From Candidatus Obscuribacterales bacterium (GTDB lineage Bacteria > Cyanobacteriota > Vampirovibrionia > Obscuribacterales > Obscuribacteraceae), in the NCBI GenBank assembly GCA_965228855.1, contig CBDDIJ010000003.1, positions 2,560,001 to 2,624,000 on the forward strand: a stretch of DNA of 64,000 bases, written 5' to 3'. The position numbers and the translations under genes are program-made. Positions 39,230-49,750 of this stretch are shown piece after piece. The notes under the pieces were generated by a model. That model made no database searches. It saw only the letters and a list, made by a program, of their open reading frames with translations, and had not been told where the DNA came from. Every line of letters starts with the position of its first letter. The first letter of the stretch is position 1.

Positions 39230-39769
39230 ATGATCAACATAAAAGACCACTACGACGGTAACGTCAAAAAAGCACTAAAGAGTCAGTTCAACTACACGAA
39301 CGACTTGCAGATTCCGCGCATCGAGAAAGTTGTAATCAACATGGGCGTAGGCGAAGCCACATCCAACTCGAAGGCGATCGAGAGTGCCGTTAAGGAAATG
39401 GCGACCATCAGTGGTCAAAAACCTATCGTCAATAGAGCGAGAAAATCGATTGCGGTTTTCAAAGTCAGACAAGGCATGCCCCTCGGCGTTTCAGTTACGC
39501 TGCGCGGCAAGAGAATGTATGACTTCCTCGCCAAACTTCTCCACATTGCCCTGCCCCGTATCAAAGACTTCCGCGGACTCTCGCCGAAATCCTTCGACGG
39601 ACGTGGCAACTACTCGCTCGGTATCAAAGAGCAGCTTATATTCCCCGAAATTAGTTACGACAAAATCGACGCTACAAGAGGGATGGACATCGCCATGGTG
39701 ACGACGGCGCGCACCGACCAGGAAGCGCTTGCGTTGCTCAAAGAACTTGGCATGCCGTTCAGAAAGTAA
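39230..39769 (+). CDS. rplE: 50S ribosomal protein L5
   Basis: [22 protein letters not shown]. Confidence 0.98.
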   Translation: MINIKDHYDGNVKKALKSQFNYTNDLQIPRIEKVVINMGVGEATSNSKAIESAVKEMATISGQKPIVNRARKSIAVFKVRQGMPLGVSVTLRGKRMYDFLAKLLHIALPRIKDFRGLSPKSFDGRGNYSLGIKEQLIFPEISYDKIDATRGMDIAMVTTARTDQEALALLKELGMPFRK

Positions 39770-39797
39770 TCTTTCAAAATTAGGAGAGGACACACAC

Positions 39798-40004
39798 GTG
39801 GCCAAAACATCGATGATCGACAAAGAGCACAAGCGCCAGGTGCTTGTTGCTAAAGGCAAATACCCGAAGATTCGTTTGCACAATCGTTGCCGAATCTGCG
39901 GAAGACCGAGAGGTTATTACCGCGACTTCGGATTGTGCAGATGCTGCCTGAGAAAGATGGCTCATCAAGGTTTGCTCCCAGGCGTCACAAAGTCTAGTTG
40001 GTAG
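39798..40004 (+). CDS. rpsN: 30S ribosomal protein S14, short Zn-binding type
   Basis: GTG after [15 protein letters not shown]...LCRCC...PGVTKSSW. Confidence 0.95.
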   Translation: MAKTSMIDKEHKRQVLVAKGKYPKIRLHNRCRICGRPRGYYRDFGLCRCCLRKMAHQGLLPGVTKSSW

Positions 40005-40018
40005 GAGAGATAAATCAA

Positions 40019-40420
40019 ATGCCCGTAATAGACCCTATTGCCGACATGTTCACACGCATCAGAAACGCTGTTCGCGTGCAAGCACCTGTCGTTGAAATGC
40101 CCGCCTCCAAGCAGAAAGTGGCAATCGCCAAACTGCTCAGAGACGAAGGTTTCATCAGCTCTTTCGAAACGAAAGACCTGGGCACTCCTGTTCAGAAGAT
40201 GCGTATCGTTTTGAAATACGGCCCGAAAGGCGAACAAGTAATTCAAGGCATCAAGCGCGTCAGCCGTCCTGGTCTGCGTATTTATCGCGCCTCCCAGAAA
40301 GCTCCTCGCGTGTATGGCGGTTTGGGAATCTCGATTCTCTCCACCAGCCGTGGTGTCATGACCGATCGCCAGGCTCGCAAGAGCAACATCGGCGGCGAAG
40401 TCGTCGGTCAAGTTTGGTAA
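40019..40420 (+). CDS. rpsH: 30S ribosomal protein S8
   Basis: [20 protein letters not shown]. Confidence 0.98.
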   Translation: MPVIDPIADMFTRIRNAVRVQAPVVEMPASKQKVAIAKLLRDEGFISSFETKDLGTPVQKMRIVLKYGPKGEQVIQGIKRVSRPGLRIYRASQKAPRVYGGLGISILSTSRGVMTDRQARKSNIGGEVVGQVW

Positions 40421-40504
40421 TCGGTCTTTAACTGAACGAACCAACCGAGCGGTTTAACTCGCTCACTGAGACTGAAATAAACATCAAAATAAAGGTAGAA
40501 AACC

Positions 40505-41047
40505 ATGTCTCGTATAGGCAAAGCTCCAATCAAAGTCCCGTCCGGCGTCACCGTCGAGATCAAGGGTTCTGACGTCAAAGTCAAAGGTCCCAAGGGCGAA
40601 CGCTCGAGAACCTTCAGACCCGAAATCGAGCTCAAACAAGAAGACGGCGTCGTATATGTACTTCGCAAGAATGATGACCGCATATCGCGTGGTCTTCATG
40701 GCTTGAGCCGCACACTCCTGGCCAACATGGTCAAAGGCTTGTCGGAAGGCTTTGTGAAAAAGCTCGAAGTTGTAGGAGTCGGCTACAGAGCAGCAGTGGA
40801 AGGCAAAACCCTGACCATGCAGCTCGGCTATTCGCATCCTGTTGTTGTTGAAATTCCCAAAGATACGACTGTTGAAGTCGGCAAAAACAACGTCATCACC
40901 GTGACGGGTGTCGATAAACAAGAGCTCGGCGATTTCTGCTCATTCGTCAGAAGCAAACGTCCGCCTGAAGTTTACAAAGGCAAAGGCGTCAAGTACGAAG
41001 GCGAAGTCATCCGGAAGAAAGCTGGTAAAGCTGCCGGCGGTAAGTAA
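40505..41047 (+). CDS. rplF: 50S ribosomal protein L6
   Basis: MSRIGK, RPPEVYKGKG. Confidence 0.98.
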   Translation: MSRIGKAPIKVPSGVTVEIKGSDVKVKGPKGERSRTFRPEIELKQEDGVVYVLRKNDDRISRGLHGLSRTLLANMVKGLSEGFVKKLEVVGVGYRAAVEGKTLTMQLGYSHPVVVEIPKDTTVEVGKNNVITVTGVDKQELGDFCSFVRSKRPPEVYKGKGVKYEGEVIRKKAGKAAGGK

Positions 41048-41086
41048 GAGAGCGAGCTAGTTTTAACGCTTAAGGAAGTAAGAGAA

Positions 41087-41449
41087 ATGATTACGAAGCC
41101 CAACAGAAAAGAAATGAGACTGAAGAGACATCGGCGCATTCGCCGCTCTCTTTGGGGTCAATCCGAGCGCCCGAGACTTTGCGTTTACCGCTCCAACAAG
41201 CACATTTACGCTCAACTCGTAGATGATTCCAAGTCAGCGACCCTCGCATACGCGTCAACACTCGACGCCGAATTGAAGGTCGAAAAACCATGGAATAAAG
41301 ATTCGGCGAAAAGCGTCGGAGAATTGCTCGCCAAGCGCGCCATGGAAAAAGGAATCAAGGCAGTCGTTTTCGATCGCGGCGGTTACATCTACCACGGACG
41401 TGTAGCTGCAGTTGCAGAAGGCGCTCGTGAAGCAGGTTTAGAGTTCTAA
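41087..41449 (+). CDS. rplR: 50S ribosomal protein L18
   Basis: [21 protein letters not shown]. Confidence 0.98.
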   Translation: MITKPNRKEMRLKRHRRIRRSLWGQSERPRLCVYRSNKHIYAQLVDDSKSATLAYASTLDAELKVEKPWNKDSAKSVGELLAKRAMEKGIKAVVFDRGGYIYHGRVAAVAEGAREAGLEF

Positions 41450-41488
41450 TTCGGATCTATATAAGGACAGAGGAAGAGGATTTTCCAA

Positions 41489-42088
41489 ATGGAAAAAGAT
41501 CACAAAGGTCACGGAGCCCCAGAAGAAGCAGCCGACGGCGCTAAGCGCGGTCGCCGCACTTCCAGTCGCGAGAAGAATCGTCAAGACGAAACCAAACGTG
41601 ACCGCGAACAATCTGAGTGGGAAGAAAAAATCATTCAAGTTCGCCGCGTGACCAAGGTCGTCAAAGGCGGTAAAAAACTGAGTTTCCGCGCCGTTGTCGC
41701 TGTCGGCAACAACAAAGGTCAAGTCGGGATTGGCATCGGCAAAGCGTCCGAAGTCATCGTGGCTATCCAGAAAGGCGTAGCTGATGCGCGCAAGTCGCTT
41801 ATCAGCGTACCGCTAATCGGAGCGACTCTGCCTCACCAGATCGTCGGCAAGCAAGGTTCGAGCCGCGTGCTTCTCAAGCCGGCAGCAAAAGGTACCGGTG
41901 TCATCGCCGGTGGTGCCTCACGCGCCATTCTTGAACTGGCAGGCGTCGGCGACGTTATGTCGAAATCGCTCGGTTCGCGCTCGCCGCTCAACGTAGCACG
42001 CGCCACCGTCAATGGTTTGAACGAACTGAGAACATTCGATCAGTCGGCAAGACTGCGCGGAATCACAGTTCAACAAATGCTCAACTAA
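41489..42088 (+). CDS. rpsE: 30S ribosomal protein S5
   Basis: [17 protein letters not shown]. Confidence 0.98.
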   Translation: MEKDHKGHGAPEEAADGAKRGRRTSSREKNRQDETKRDREQSEWEEKIIQVRRVTKVVKGGKKLSFRAVVAVGNNKGQVGIGIGKASEVIVAIQKGVADARKSLISVPLIGATLPHQIVGKQGSSRVLLKPAAKGTGVIAGGASRAILELAGVGDVMSKSLGSRSPLNVARATVNGLNELRTFDQSARLRGITVQQMLN

Positions 42089-42184
42089 TAGAGCGTTCGT
42101 TTCTAGAGTTCACCGAACTCAAATTAGTGGAGTCGAGCCAAACGAGGCACGACGAACGGAACTAAAAAATTGGAGTTTAGTCCC

Positions 42185-42451
42185 ATGTTGAAGATCACCT
42201 TGACCGCCGGAAAGGTCGGCAAGCAAGAAAAACAGCTCAAAGTGCTTACAGCGCTTGGTCTGAAAAAATTCGGCAGCGTTGTAATCCGCCAGGATTCACC
42301 GACGATCCGCGGAATGGTCGGCAAAGTCCATCATCTCGTTTGCGTCGAAGAAGTTACCGAAGGCACCACGGGTAAGGTCACGCGTAAAGCGAAAGCCGCG
42401 TTGTGCACAAAAACAGAAAAAGAGACGACCAAGAAGAAAGCTGCCAAGTAA
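42185..42451 (+). CDS. rpmD: 50S ribosomal protein L30 with basic C-tail
   Basis: LKITL...ALGLKK...DSPTIRGMVGKVHHLV. Confidence 0.93.
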   Translation: MLKITLTAGKVGKQEKQLKVLTALGLKKFGSVVIRQDSPTIRGMVGKVHHLVCVEEVTEGTTGKVTRKAKAALCTKTEKETTKKKAAK

Positions 42452-42527
42452 GCGCTTCTTGTCGGATAACCCACAAGGAAAGTGAGCCGAGTCGAATAGT
42501 TTTTCGGCGCAAGGCGAAGGAGAAGAG

Positions 42528-43076
42528 ATGAAACTCAATGAGCTGGCACCGCCGGAAGGCACACGCAGCAAAAAGAAAATCGTAGGTCGCGGTCGCGCGT
42601 CCGGTCACGGTAAGACATCGACACGCGGTCACAACGGACAAGGTCAACGTTCCGGTGAAGCAACCCGTTTCGGTTTCGAGGGTGGTCAAACCCCCTTGTT
42701 CCGTCGTCTTCCGAAAATTCACGCCTTCTATCGCATTGAAAAGCGCACATGGACTGCCATCAATGTCGGTGACTTGAACAAATTGAAAGCCGGCTCGGAA
42801 GTTACTCCTGAGTCGCTGGTCGAGTTCGGAATTCTGCGCTCTGTGACTTCGTCTTTGCGCATTCTCGGAAACGGCGAACTGAAAGTTTCTTTGAAAGTGA
42901 AAGCGCACCACTTCTCGCAAGGCGCGATCGACAAGATCACCCAGGCCGGTGGCAGCTATGACGTGATTCAGCCTGCACCGCGCCATCGCGGACGTCTTCC
43001 GCATGGTCTTGTGAACACGATCAAAAAAGAATCCAAACAAACCAAAGAATCGAAAAAAGAAAGCAAAGATAGTTAA
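42528..43076 (+). CDS. rplO: 50S ribosomal protein L15
   Basis: GRGRASGHGKT, GFEGGQTPL. Confidence 0.97.
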   Translation: MKLNELAPPEGTRSKKKIVGRGRASGHGKTSTRGHNGQGQRSGEATRFGFEGGQTPLFRRLPKIHAFYRIEKRTWTAINVGDLNKLKAGSEVTPESLVEFGILRSVTSSLRILGNGELKVSLKVKAHHFSQGAIDKITQAGGSYDVIQPAPRHRGRLPHGLVNTIKKESKQTKESKKESKDS

Positions 43077-43097
43077 CTTTTGCTTTTATCAGGAGCT

Positions 43098-43150
43098 ATG
43101 CCCGCTGCCGTCTAATATGATGGTGCATTGTCGGGCATTTTTTCCTTTTT
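43098..43150 (+). terminator. Terminator/attenuator-like hairpin between rplO and secY
   Basis: ATGCCCG...CGGGCAT followed by a T-rich run. Confidence 0.45.
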
Positions 43151-43214
43151 GGGGATATTGTCGCGAAGCGATTTGACTAGGAAATCCGGTTTTGAATCCG
43201 GTCGGGAGGAATAA

Positions 43215-44669
43215 GTGACGAATGCGCCAAAGAGAGGGACTCCGATTGGAGGACCGACCGATCTGTGGACGATGTTGCAGGCGGCCGGGCTCAAAGAGCG
43301 GATCTTCTTCACTCTCGCCATGATCCTCCTTTATCGCGCCGGCGTGCATATTCCACTGCCTGGTGTCGATTCGCACGCCTTTTTAAAACATCCTGAGTAT
43401 GCTCAAAGTTTGCTTGGCATGGTCGACTTGTTTACAGGCGGCGCCCTGAACAAACTCTCAATTTTCTCGCTCGGTATCGGCCCCTACATCACTGCCTCGA
43501 TTATCTTGCAGCTCATGACCGCGGTTATCCCGCAGCTTGAAGACCTGCAGAAGAACCAGGGCGAGCAGGGTCGGAAAAAACTGCAGCAATACACGCGCTG
43601 TTTCACGGTTGTGATTTCCATACTCCAGTCTGTCATGCTCGCCAATGTGCTCATGAAGATTCAGGCCCCGCCTGTCGTAATCACACCTGGTCCTTTGTTT
43701 GTCCTGACGTCGGCCATCATCATGACCGCGTCAGCACTTTTCATCATGTGGATAGGCGAGGTTATAACCGAGCGTGGTGTCGGCAATGGTGCGTCTCTTC
43801 TCATCTTCTTAGGTATCGTCGCGCGCTTGCCCTCCATGTTCCACAATACATATGATGCTGTACAAACCGGACAGACACCGGTTTGGGGCGTAGCTCTCCT
43901 GGTCGGAATTCTGTTGACGCTTGCCGCTCTAATTGTTTGTTTGCAGCAGGGCGTGAGAAAGATAATGGTGCTGGGTGCGCGTCGAAACGTAGGCCGGCAG
44001 GTCTTTCAAGTTGCCGCGCCTGACGACTATCTCTATCTACCGATTAACCCATCCGGGGTTATGGCGATCATCTTCGCGTCGTCGCTCCTTATGTTCCCGA
44101 CCACTGTGATGCAGTTTGTGAGCCAGGGCAAGGGCAAGGACCCGGGGCAGGCGATTTACGAATTATTGATTTCGATTCCGGGATTGGGCAAGGGCATCGA
44201 GAGTTTTGCGCAGATTGATTGGGTTCAAAATGTCTGGGGCTTTATTTCGACCGAAGTCGGCAATATGTTCGTCTATTATCGGTGGGAGCATTCGCTGGTC
44301 TATTTCGCCTTGATTCTTTTCTTCGCGTATTTCTATGCGTCGATTATTCTTCAGCCTCGCGATATGGCTGAAAACCTCAGGCGTCAGGGAAGAGCGATTC
44401 AGGGCGTTCGTCCGGGTCGACCAACAGCGGAGTTTCTGGAAGACACGCTCAGCAGGCTGGTATTCATCGGCGCATCGGCAATCGGGATAATCGCGATTCT
44501 GCCCATTCACACGGAACAATTCACACAAGTAACGACGCTGCAGGGTCTGGGAAGCACCTCGCTAATCATCCTGGTCGGTGTCGCAATCGACACACAAAAA
44601 CAGATCAAAACACACGCGCTCTCAGCCAAGTATCAAGCCCGCGGAATTTTCCGCAAGACTACGAGCTAG
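43215..44669 (+). CDS. secY: Preprotein translocase SecY
   Basis: SIFSLGIGPYITASII, GVGNGASLLI, GVRPG, TSLIILVGV. Confidence 0.98.
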   Translation: MTNAPKRGTPIGGPTDLWTMLQAAGLKERIFFTLAMILLYRAGVHIPLPGVDSHAFLKHPEYAQSLLGMVDLFTGGALNKLSIFSLGIGPYITASIILQLMTAVIPQLEDLQKNQGEQGRKKLQQYTRCFTVVISILQSVMLANVLMKIQAPPVVITPGPLFVLTSAIIMTASALFIMWIGEVITERGVGNGASLLIFLGIVARLPSMFHNTYDAVQTGQTPVWGVALLVGILLTLAALIVCLQQGVRKIMVLGARRNVGRQVFQVAAPDDYLYLPINPSGVMAIIFASSLLMFPTTVMQFVSQGKGKDPGQAIYELLISIPGLGKGIESFAQIDWVQNVWGFISTEVGNMFVYYRWEHSLVYFALILFFAYFYASIILQPRDMAENLRRQGRAIQGVRPGRPTAEFLEDTLSRLVFIGASAIGIIAILPIHTEQFTQVTTLQGLGSTSLIILVGVAIDTQKQIKTHALSAKYQARGIFRKTTS

Positions 44670-44737
44670 GCGCCATAAGGTTTCGCACTTTAGAACGTGA
44701 TTGAAACGGAAACACTTCAGTGAGGGAGTTGAAGACA

Positions 44738-45394
44738 ATGCAGATTTTGTTCTTGGGAGCGCCGGGCGCTGGCAAAGGCACGCAGTGCAAACGGCTTGCT
44801 GAAAAGCTGGCTCTGCCGCATTTGTCGTCAGGCGACATGCTGCGCGAGGCGGTCAGACAGGGCACCAAAGCTGGTGTCGAAGCAAAATCCTTCATGGACA
44901 AGGGTATGCTCGTTCCCGATGATGTTTTGATCAAAATGTTCAAAGAGTTTCTGTCGAAGCCGGAGATGGACAAGGGTTTCATTCTCGATGGTTTCCCGCG
45001 CAACTTGGCGCAGGCCGAATCATTGTCCACTTTGCTTACTGAGTTGAGCAAAGCACTCACGGTCGTCATCAATCTGCAGACCTCCGACGACTTGCTGGTG
45101 GAGCGCATTACCGGTCGTCGCGTTTGTCCCAACAAAGAGTGCAATGCGGTTTATCACATCAAGTTCGCGCCGCCTGCAAAAGAAGGCGTCTGTGATAAAT
45201 GCCAGACCGAGTTGTCGCATCGCAGTGATGACAAGCCGGAAGTCGTCAAGCAGAGACTCTCGACATATGCGGAACAGACAGAACCGCTCATCAAGTATTA
45301 TGGAGATCAGGGACTGGTAAAAACGGTCGATGGAGAAGGCGAGCCTGAGGCAGTCTTCGAAAGTCTGATCAAAGCACTGAAAGTTCCTGCTTAG
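44738..45394 (+). CDS. adk: Adenylate kinase (Zn-lid type)
   Basis: GAPGAGKGT, ILDGFPR, RSDD. Confidence 0.98.
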   Translation: MQILFLGAPGAGKGTQCKRLAEKLALPHLSSGDMLREAVRQGTKAGVEAKSFMDKGMLVPDDVLIKMFKEFLSKPEMDKGFILDGFPRNLAQAESLSTLLTELSKALTVVINLQTSDDLLVERITGRRVCPNKECNAVYHIKFAPPAKEGVCDKCQTELSHRSDDKPEVVKQRLSTYAEQTEPLIKYYGDQGLVKTVDGEGEPEAVFESLIKALKVPA

Positions 45395-45424
45395 ACATTT
45401 TGCAAGAAGACGGAATCTGAGTAC

Positions 45425-46231
45425 ATGATTGTCACTAAAGAAGCTGATTTTGAGCTGATTCGCAAAGCCGGTAATTTAGCCGGGCGAGTGCTCGAGATGA
45501 TATCTACAATGGCAGAACCGGGGATGAGTACCTGGGATCTGGATCAAATCGCAGAGAAGCGAATTCGCGAAGAAGGTGCCCTTCCCACATTCAAAGGGTA
45601 TCGGGACTTTCCTGGCACGGTATGCATTTCGGTAAACGAAGAAGTCGTTCACGGCATTCCGCGCAAAGACAGAAAAATCAAAGCAGGCGATGTGCTCTCA
45701 CTCGACCTGGGTGTGACGTTTCAGCGTACCGAGAACGGCAAGAAATTCGACCTGATCGCCGACACGGCGGTGACGGTTCCAGTTGGCAACTGCCCGGGCA
45801 GTTTAAACAAACTCCTGGATGACACTCGTGAAGCGCTGTACGCGGGCATTCGTAAATGTTTTGCCGGCGCCACGCTTAACGATATCGGCGGAGCAATCGA
45901 GGATATTGGCAACGAAGGTCAATACGGAATCGTGCGTGAATACGGCGGTCACGGCATAGGCTACGTGCTTCACGAAGAACCGTTTATTTTCAACTACAGA
46001 ACTCAATCTGGTAGCAAGACTAAGCTAGAACCTGGTATGGTAATAGCGATCGAACCCATGTTCAATCTTGGCGGCGAAAGAGTCCGCACCAAGAAGGACG
46101 GGTGGACAGTTGTAACGCAAGATTACAAGCCTTCTGCACATTTTGAACATTCAATTTTGATCACGGAAGGCGAGCCAGAGATACTTACTAAACGTCCGAA
46201 TGAGGAGTTTGTGTGGCCAAGCAAGGCGTAA
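45425..46231 (+). CDS. map: Methionine aminopeptidase type I
   Basis: [16 protein letters not shown]...HEEP, IEPM, SAHFEH. Confidence 0.97.
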   Translation: MIVTKEADFELIRKAGNLAGRVLEMISTMAEPGMSTWDLDQIAEKRIREEGALPTFKGYRDFPGTVCISVNEEVVHGIPRKDRKIKAGDVLSLDLGVTFQRTENGKKFDLIADTAVTVPVGNCPGSLNKLLDDTREALYAGIRKCFAGATLNDIGGAIEDIGNEGQYGIVREYGGHGIGYVLHEEPFIFNYRTQSGSKTKLEPGMVIAIEPMFNLGGERVRTKKDGWTVVTQDYKPSAHFEHSILITEGEPEILTKRPNEEFVWPSKA

Positions 46232-46434
46232 TTGAATTTGAGGGCACAATCAAGGAATCCCTGCCCAATGCCATGTTTCGGGTCGAACTCGATAACGGAC
46301 ATAAGGTTCTTGCTCACATCTCGGGCAAGATTCGGAAGAACTTCATTAAGATTCTTCCGGGCGATCGCGTGCGTGTAGAGCTCACTCCATATGACTTAAC
46401 GCGCGGACGCATCACCTACAGAATCAGAGAGTAA
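46213..46434 (+). CDS. infA: Translation initiation factor IF-1
   Basis: [24 protein letters not shown]. Confidence 0.98.
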   Translation: MAKQGVIEFEGTIKESLPNAMFRVELDNGHKVLAHISGKIRKNFIKILPGDRVRVELTPYDLTRGRITYRIRE

Positions 46435-46559
46435 TGTACAATTAGATATTCCGCGCAGGCTGCGTCGGTTTGCATTCGGTTGAAAGCAAGCTGCTGACGG
46501 CTTTTGCGTGCTGTACAGGTATCGGTTTTTTGGAGCGGCGCCCAGGCGCCTGAGTCAAA

Positions 46560-46673
46560 ATGAAAGTAAGAGCATCAGTCAAAAAAATGTGCGATAAGTG
46601 CAAGGTAATTCGCCGCAAAGGTCGCGTAGCGGTCATTTGCGAGAACCCGAAGCACAAACAACGTCAGGGATAG
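46560..46673 (+). CDS. rpmJ: 50S ribosomal protein L36 (not in ORF track)
   Basis: [37 protein letters not shown]. Confidence 0.98.
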   Translation: MKVRASVKKMCDKCKVIRRKGRVAVICENPKHKQRQG

Positions 46674-46757
46674 TTTGTTAGAGAACGCTAGAAGCGTTAA
46701 GCCTTGTCACGTTAAGTATTTCTCGAAAAGTGACGAGGTGAGTGAATTGGAGGATTC

Positions 46758-47144
46758 ATGGCCCGTATTGCCGGTGTAGATTTACCCAAAAACAAGCGCG
46801 TACACATTGCGCTGACCTATGTGCACGGTATTGGTCGCGCCTCTGGCGAAGCCATTTGCCAGAAGCTGGACATTCCGGTCTCGAAGCGTGTGCACGAGTT
46901 GACCGAGGAAGAAGCTTCCAAAATTCGTGAAGAAGTTGAGAAGTCCGGCAATTACCAGATCGAAGGCGATCTGCGCCGTGTTGAAGGTCTGAACGTCAAG
47001 CGATTGATTGAAATCAATTGCTATCGCGGTCAGCGCCACAGAAGAGGTTTGCCGACCCGCGGTCAGCGTACCAAGACCAATGCCCGCACCAGACGCGGAC
47101 GCAAGCGCGTCACCGTCGCAGGCAAAAAGGTTGCAACTAAGTAA
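46758..47144 (+). CDS. rpsM: 30S ribosomal protein S13
   Basis: [22 protein letters not shown]. Confidence 0.98.
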   Translation: MARIAGVDLPKNKRVHIALTYVHGIGRASGEAICQKLDIPVSKRVHELTEEEASKIREEVEKSGNYQIEGDLRRVEGLNVKRLIEINCYRGQRHRRGLPTRGQRTKTNARTRRGRKRVTVAGKKVATK

Positions 47145-47334
47145 GCGATGATTGCCGGATAGCCGGCATCGTCAAACCGGATCTGCTTCTTCTTAACGAA
47201 AAGCCCGAAATCAGTAATATTCGAACGAAATTTCACTTATTTACTGAGTTTTCATCTTAAGATCCGAAAACAATACAAAACTGGTTCCCGTCCCGCTTAA
47301 GCGGGTTTCACACACAGGAAAAGAAGAGACAACC

Positions 47335-47730
47335 ATGGCAGCTAAAAGCCCTAAAGCCAGAGGCAAAAAGAAAGAGAAGCGGTACGTATTGCAAGGTGTC
47401 GTCCACATAAAGAGCACCTTCAATAACACCATTATTTCGTCTACCGATCCGCAAGGTCAGGTCATCGCCTGGGCATCAGCCGGAACCGTAGGCTTCAAAG
47501 GCGCCAAGAAAGGCACGCCGTTCGCAGCTCAACAAGCTGCCGACACGGTCGCTCGCCGTTCGATGGACCAGGGCATGCGTCAGGTTGAAGTCCTGGTCAA
47601 AGGTCCTGGAGCCGGACGTGAAACAGCCATCCGCGCATTGCAAGCGGCTGGACTGGAAATCACGTTGATCAAAGATGTTACCCCCATTCCACACAATGGA
47701 TGCCGTCCGCCCAAACGCAGACGCGTCTAA
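47335..47730 (+). CDS. rpsK: 30S ribosomal protein S11
   Basis: [21 protein letters not shown]. Confidence 0.98.
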   Translation: MAAKSPKARGKKKEKRYVLQGVVHIKSTFNNTIISSTDPQGQVIAWASAGTVGFKGAKKGTPFAAQQAADTVARRSMDQGMRQVEVLVKGPGAGRETAIRALQAAGLEITLIKDVTPIPHNGCRPPKRRRV

Positions 47731-47835
47731 TAAATTCAAATCTTTGTCAGTCGCCGGTTTCATTGTGCTTGACCGGCAACTGCGTTTGATACCGCGGCAA
47801 TTGGTTATCAACACAAAAGGTTAGGAGATCGTACG

Positions 47836-48462
47836 TTGGCTAGATACACAGATCCTGTTTGCAAACTCTGCCGTAACGAAGGCGCCAAGCTCTTCTTGAA
47901 AGGCAGCCGTTGCTACACGACCAAATGCGCAATCGAGCGCCGCCGTTATGGCCCGGGTCAACATGGCCAGGCGCGCAAAAAACACTCTGAATATGCATTG
48001 CAATTGAGAGAAAAACAAAAAGTACGTCGCACCTATGGACTGCTCGAGAAGCAATTCGCTGCGTACTATAAAGTAGCTTCCGCCCAGAAGAAGGTTCCTA
48101 CCGGTTTGAAGATTCTGCAACTCTGCGAAGCTCGACTGGACAACCTCGTGCACAAGAGCGGCATGGTGCCCTCGAGAGCGCAGGGCAGGCAGCTGATCGC
48201 TCACGGTCACTTCACCGTGGACGGCAAAAAGGTCTATTCGCCTTCGATTCAATTGAAACCGGGTCAAGTCGTTTCAGTTGCTGAAAACAGCAAGAAATTG
48301 ATCAAAGGCATCATCGAAGCCAATCCGGCGCCGCTCGCTCCGAACTGGATTTCGGCAGATCTCGATTCTTTGAAAACATCGATCATTCAAGCTCCTCCGC
48401 GTGAAGAGCTCGACGGAACGATCAAAGAAGCACTTATCGTTGAATACTATTCGAGAAGATAG
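47836..48462 (+). CDS. rpsD: 30S ribosomal protein S4
   Basis: ARYTDPVCKLCR, LREKQK, RLDNLV, IVEYYSR. Confidence 0.98.
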   Translation: MARYTDPVCKLCRNEGAKLFLKGSRCYTTKCAIERRRYGPGQHGQARKKHSEYALQLREKQKVRRTYGLLEKQFAAYYKVASAQKKVPTGLKILQLCEARLDNLVHKSGMVPSRAQGRQLIAHGHFTVDGKKVYSPSIQLKPGQVVSVAENSKKLIKGIIEANPAPLAPNWISADLDSLKTSIIQAPPREELDGTIKEALIVEYYSRR

Positions 48463-48576
48463 TGTTCGAATCATAGGGCGGCGATGAGCCGCCCATGAGC
48501 GTTTTAAACGAACGCAAACAGTTTCAATCCAAGCGTCATTAACGCACGTTAGACAGATAAACTGCAGGAATAAACC

Positions 48577-49671
48577 GTGAACAACGACTTCAATCGACTT
48601 TATATGAATCAAGGTCTGGGCGGAATGTCCTCTTCGTCATCCTCAATGGGGATGAGCGGAATGGGCAGCTCAATGTCTGGAATTTCGAGCATGGACTACG
48701 GTCTCGTTGCCGAAACCAGCCCGCGCGAGCCAATCAAAATCAAGTGCCTCGAGAACAAAACTCACGCTGATGGATCCATATATGGAAAGTTCGTCATCGA
48801 GCCCCTGGACAGAGGATACGGAACCACTCTCGGTAACGCACTGAGACGCGTTCTGCTTTCTCACATCGAAGGCTCCGCGGTTACCGCAGTCAGAATCGAT
48901 GGCATCACTCACGAATTCACCACCGTACCTGGTGTCGTAGAAGACGTGATCGACATCATGCTCAACCTCAAGGGACTCGTCGTGAAGACCTTCTCGGCAG
49001 ACCCGCAATACCTCCACCTCGATGTGGAAAGACCGGGTCCCGTAACCGGACGCGATATCTTCTGCCCGGCTGATGCAACCATCATCAACCCTGACTGGCA
49101 GCTCTGCACACTTGCAGAAGGCGGCAGAATTCGCGCTGAAGTTACGGTAGAACGCGGCAGAGGCTATGTGCCTGCTGATGCGCACAGCCACTACAAACAA
49201 GCGATCGACGTACTTCCGATCGACGCAGTCTACATGCCTGTTCGCAAAGTTGCTTATGTAGTCGAGCCCACCCGCGTCGGTGAATCAACCGACTACGATA
49301 AGCTCACAATCGAATTGTGGTCGAATGGCGCAATCGATGCTACCGAGGCAATCTCGCAAGCAGCGCGTCAGGTCATCGAACACCTGGTTCCAATCGCCGA
49401 ACTCTCGGGTAAACCGATGGTGCCGACGACAACCCAACCGCAACAAACAGAAGGTAAGCACTCATCCATCTCTATTGAAGAGCTGGAACTCTCGGTGCGT
49501 GCCTACAACTGCTTGAAGCGTGCCAATATCAACTCGCTCGGCGAGCTTCTCAAGCTCACATACGACGATTTGATGAACATCAAAAACTTCGGTAAGAAAT
49601 CTGCCGACGAAGTAATCGAACGTCTCAGACAGTTCGGTCTCACTCTCGCCGACACACCAAAAGACAAGTAA
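48577..49671 (+). CDS. rpoA: RNA polymerase alpha subunit with low-complexity N-terminal extension
   Basis: EPLDRGYGTTLGNALRRVLL, LELSVRAYNCLKR, NFGKKS; exact start uncertain. Confidence 0.97.
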   Translation: MNNDFNRLYMNQGLGGMSSSSSSMGMSGMGSSMSGISSMDYGLVAETSPREPIKIKCLENKTHADGSIYGKFVIEPLDRGYGTTLGNALRRVLLSHIEGSAVTAVRIDGITHEFTTVPGVVEDVIDIMLNLKGLVVKTFSADPQYLHLDVERPGPVTGRDIFCPADATIINPDWQLCTLAEGGRIRAEVTVERGRGYVPADAHSHYKQAIDVLPIDAVYMPVRKVAYVVEPTRVGESTDYDKLTIELWSNGAIDATEAISQAARQVIEHLVPIAELSGKPMVPTTTQPQQTEGKHSSISIEELELSVRAYNCLKRANINSLGELLKLTYDDLMNIKNFGKKSADEVIERLRQFGLTLADTPKDK

Positions 49672-49750
49672 GTAGAAGAGAAGAGTCCCGCGAAAAGGGG
49701 CTTGATTAGGGCAGTATTTTGAATGCTGCCGCACAAAAAGGAAACGAGCC

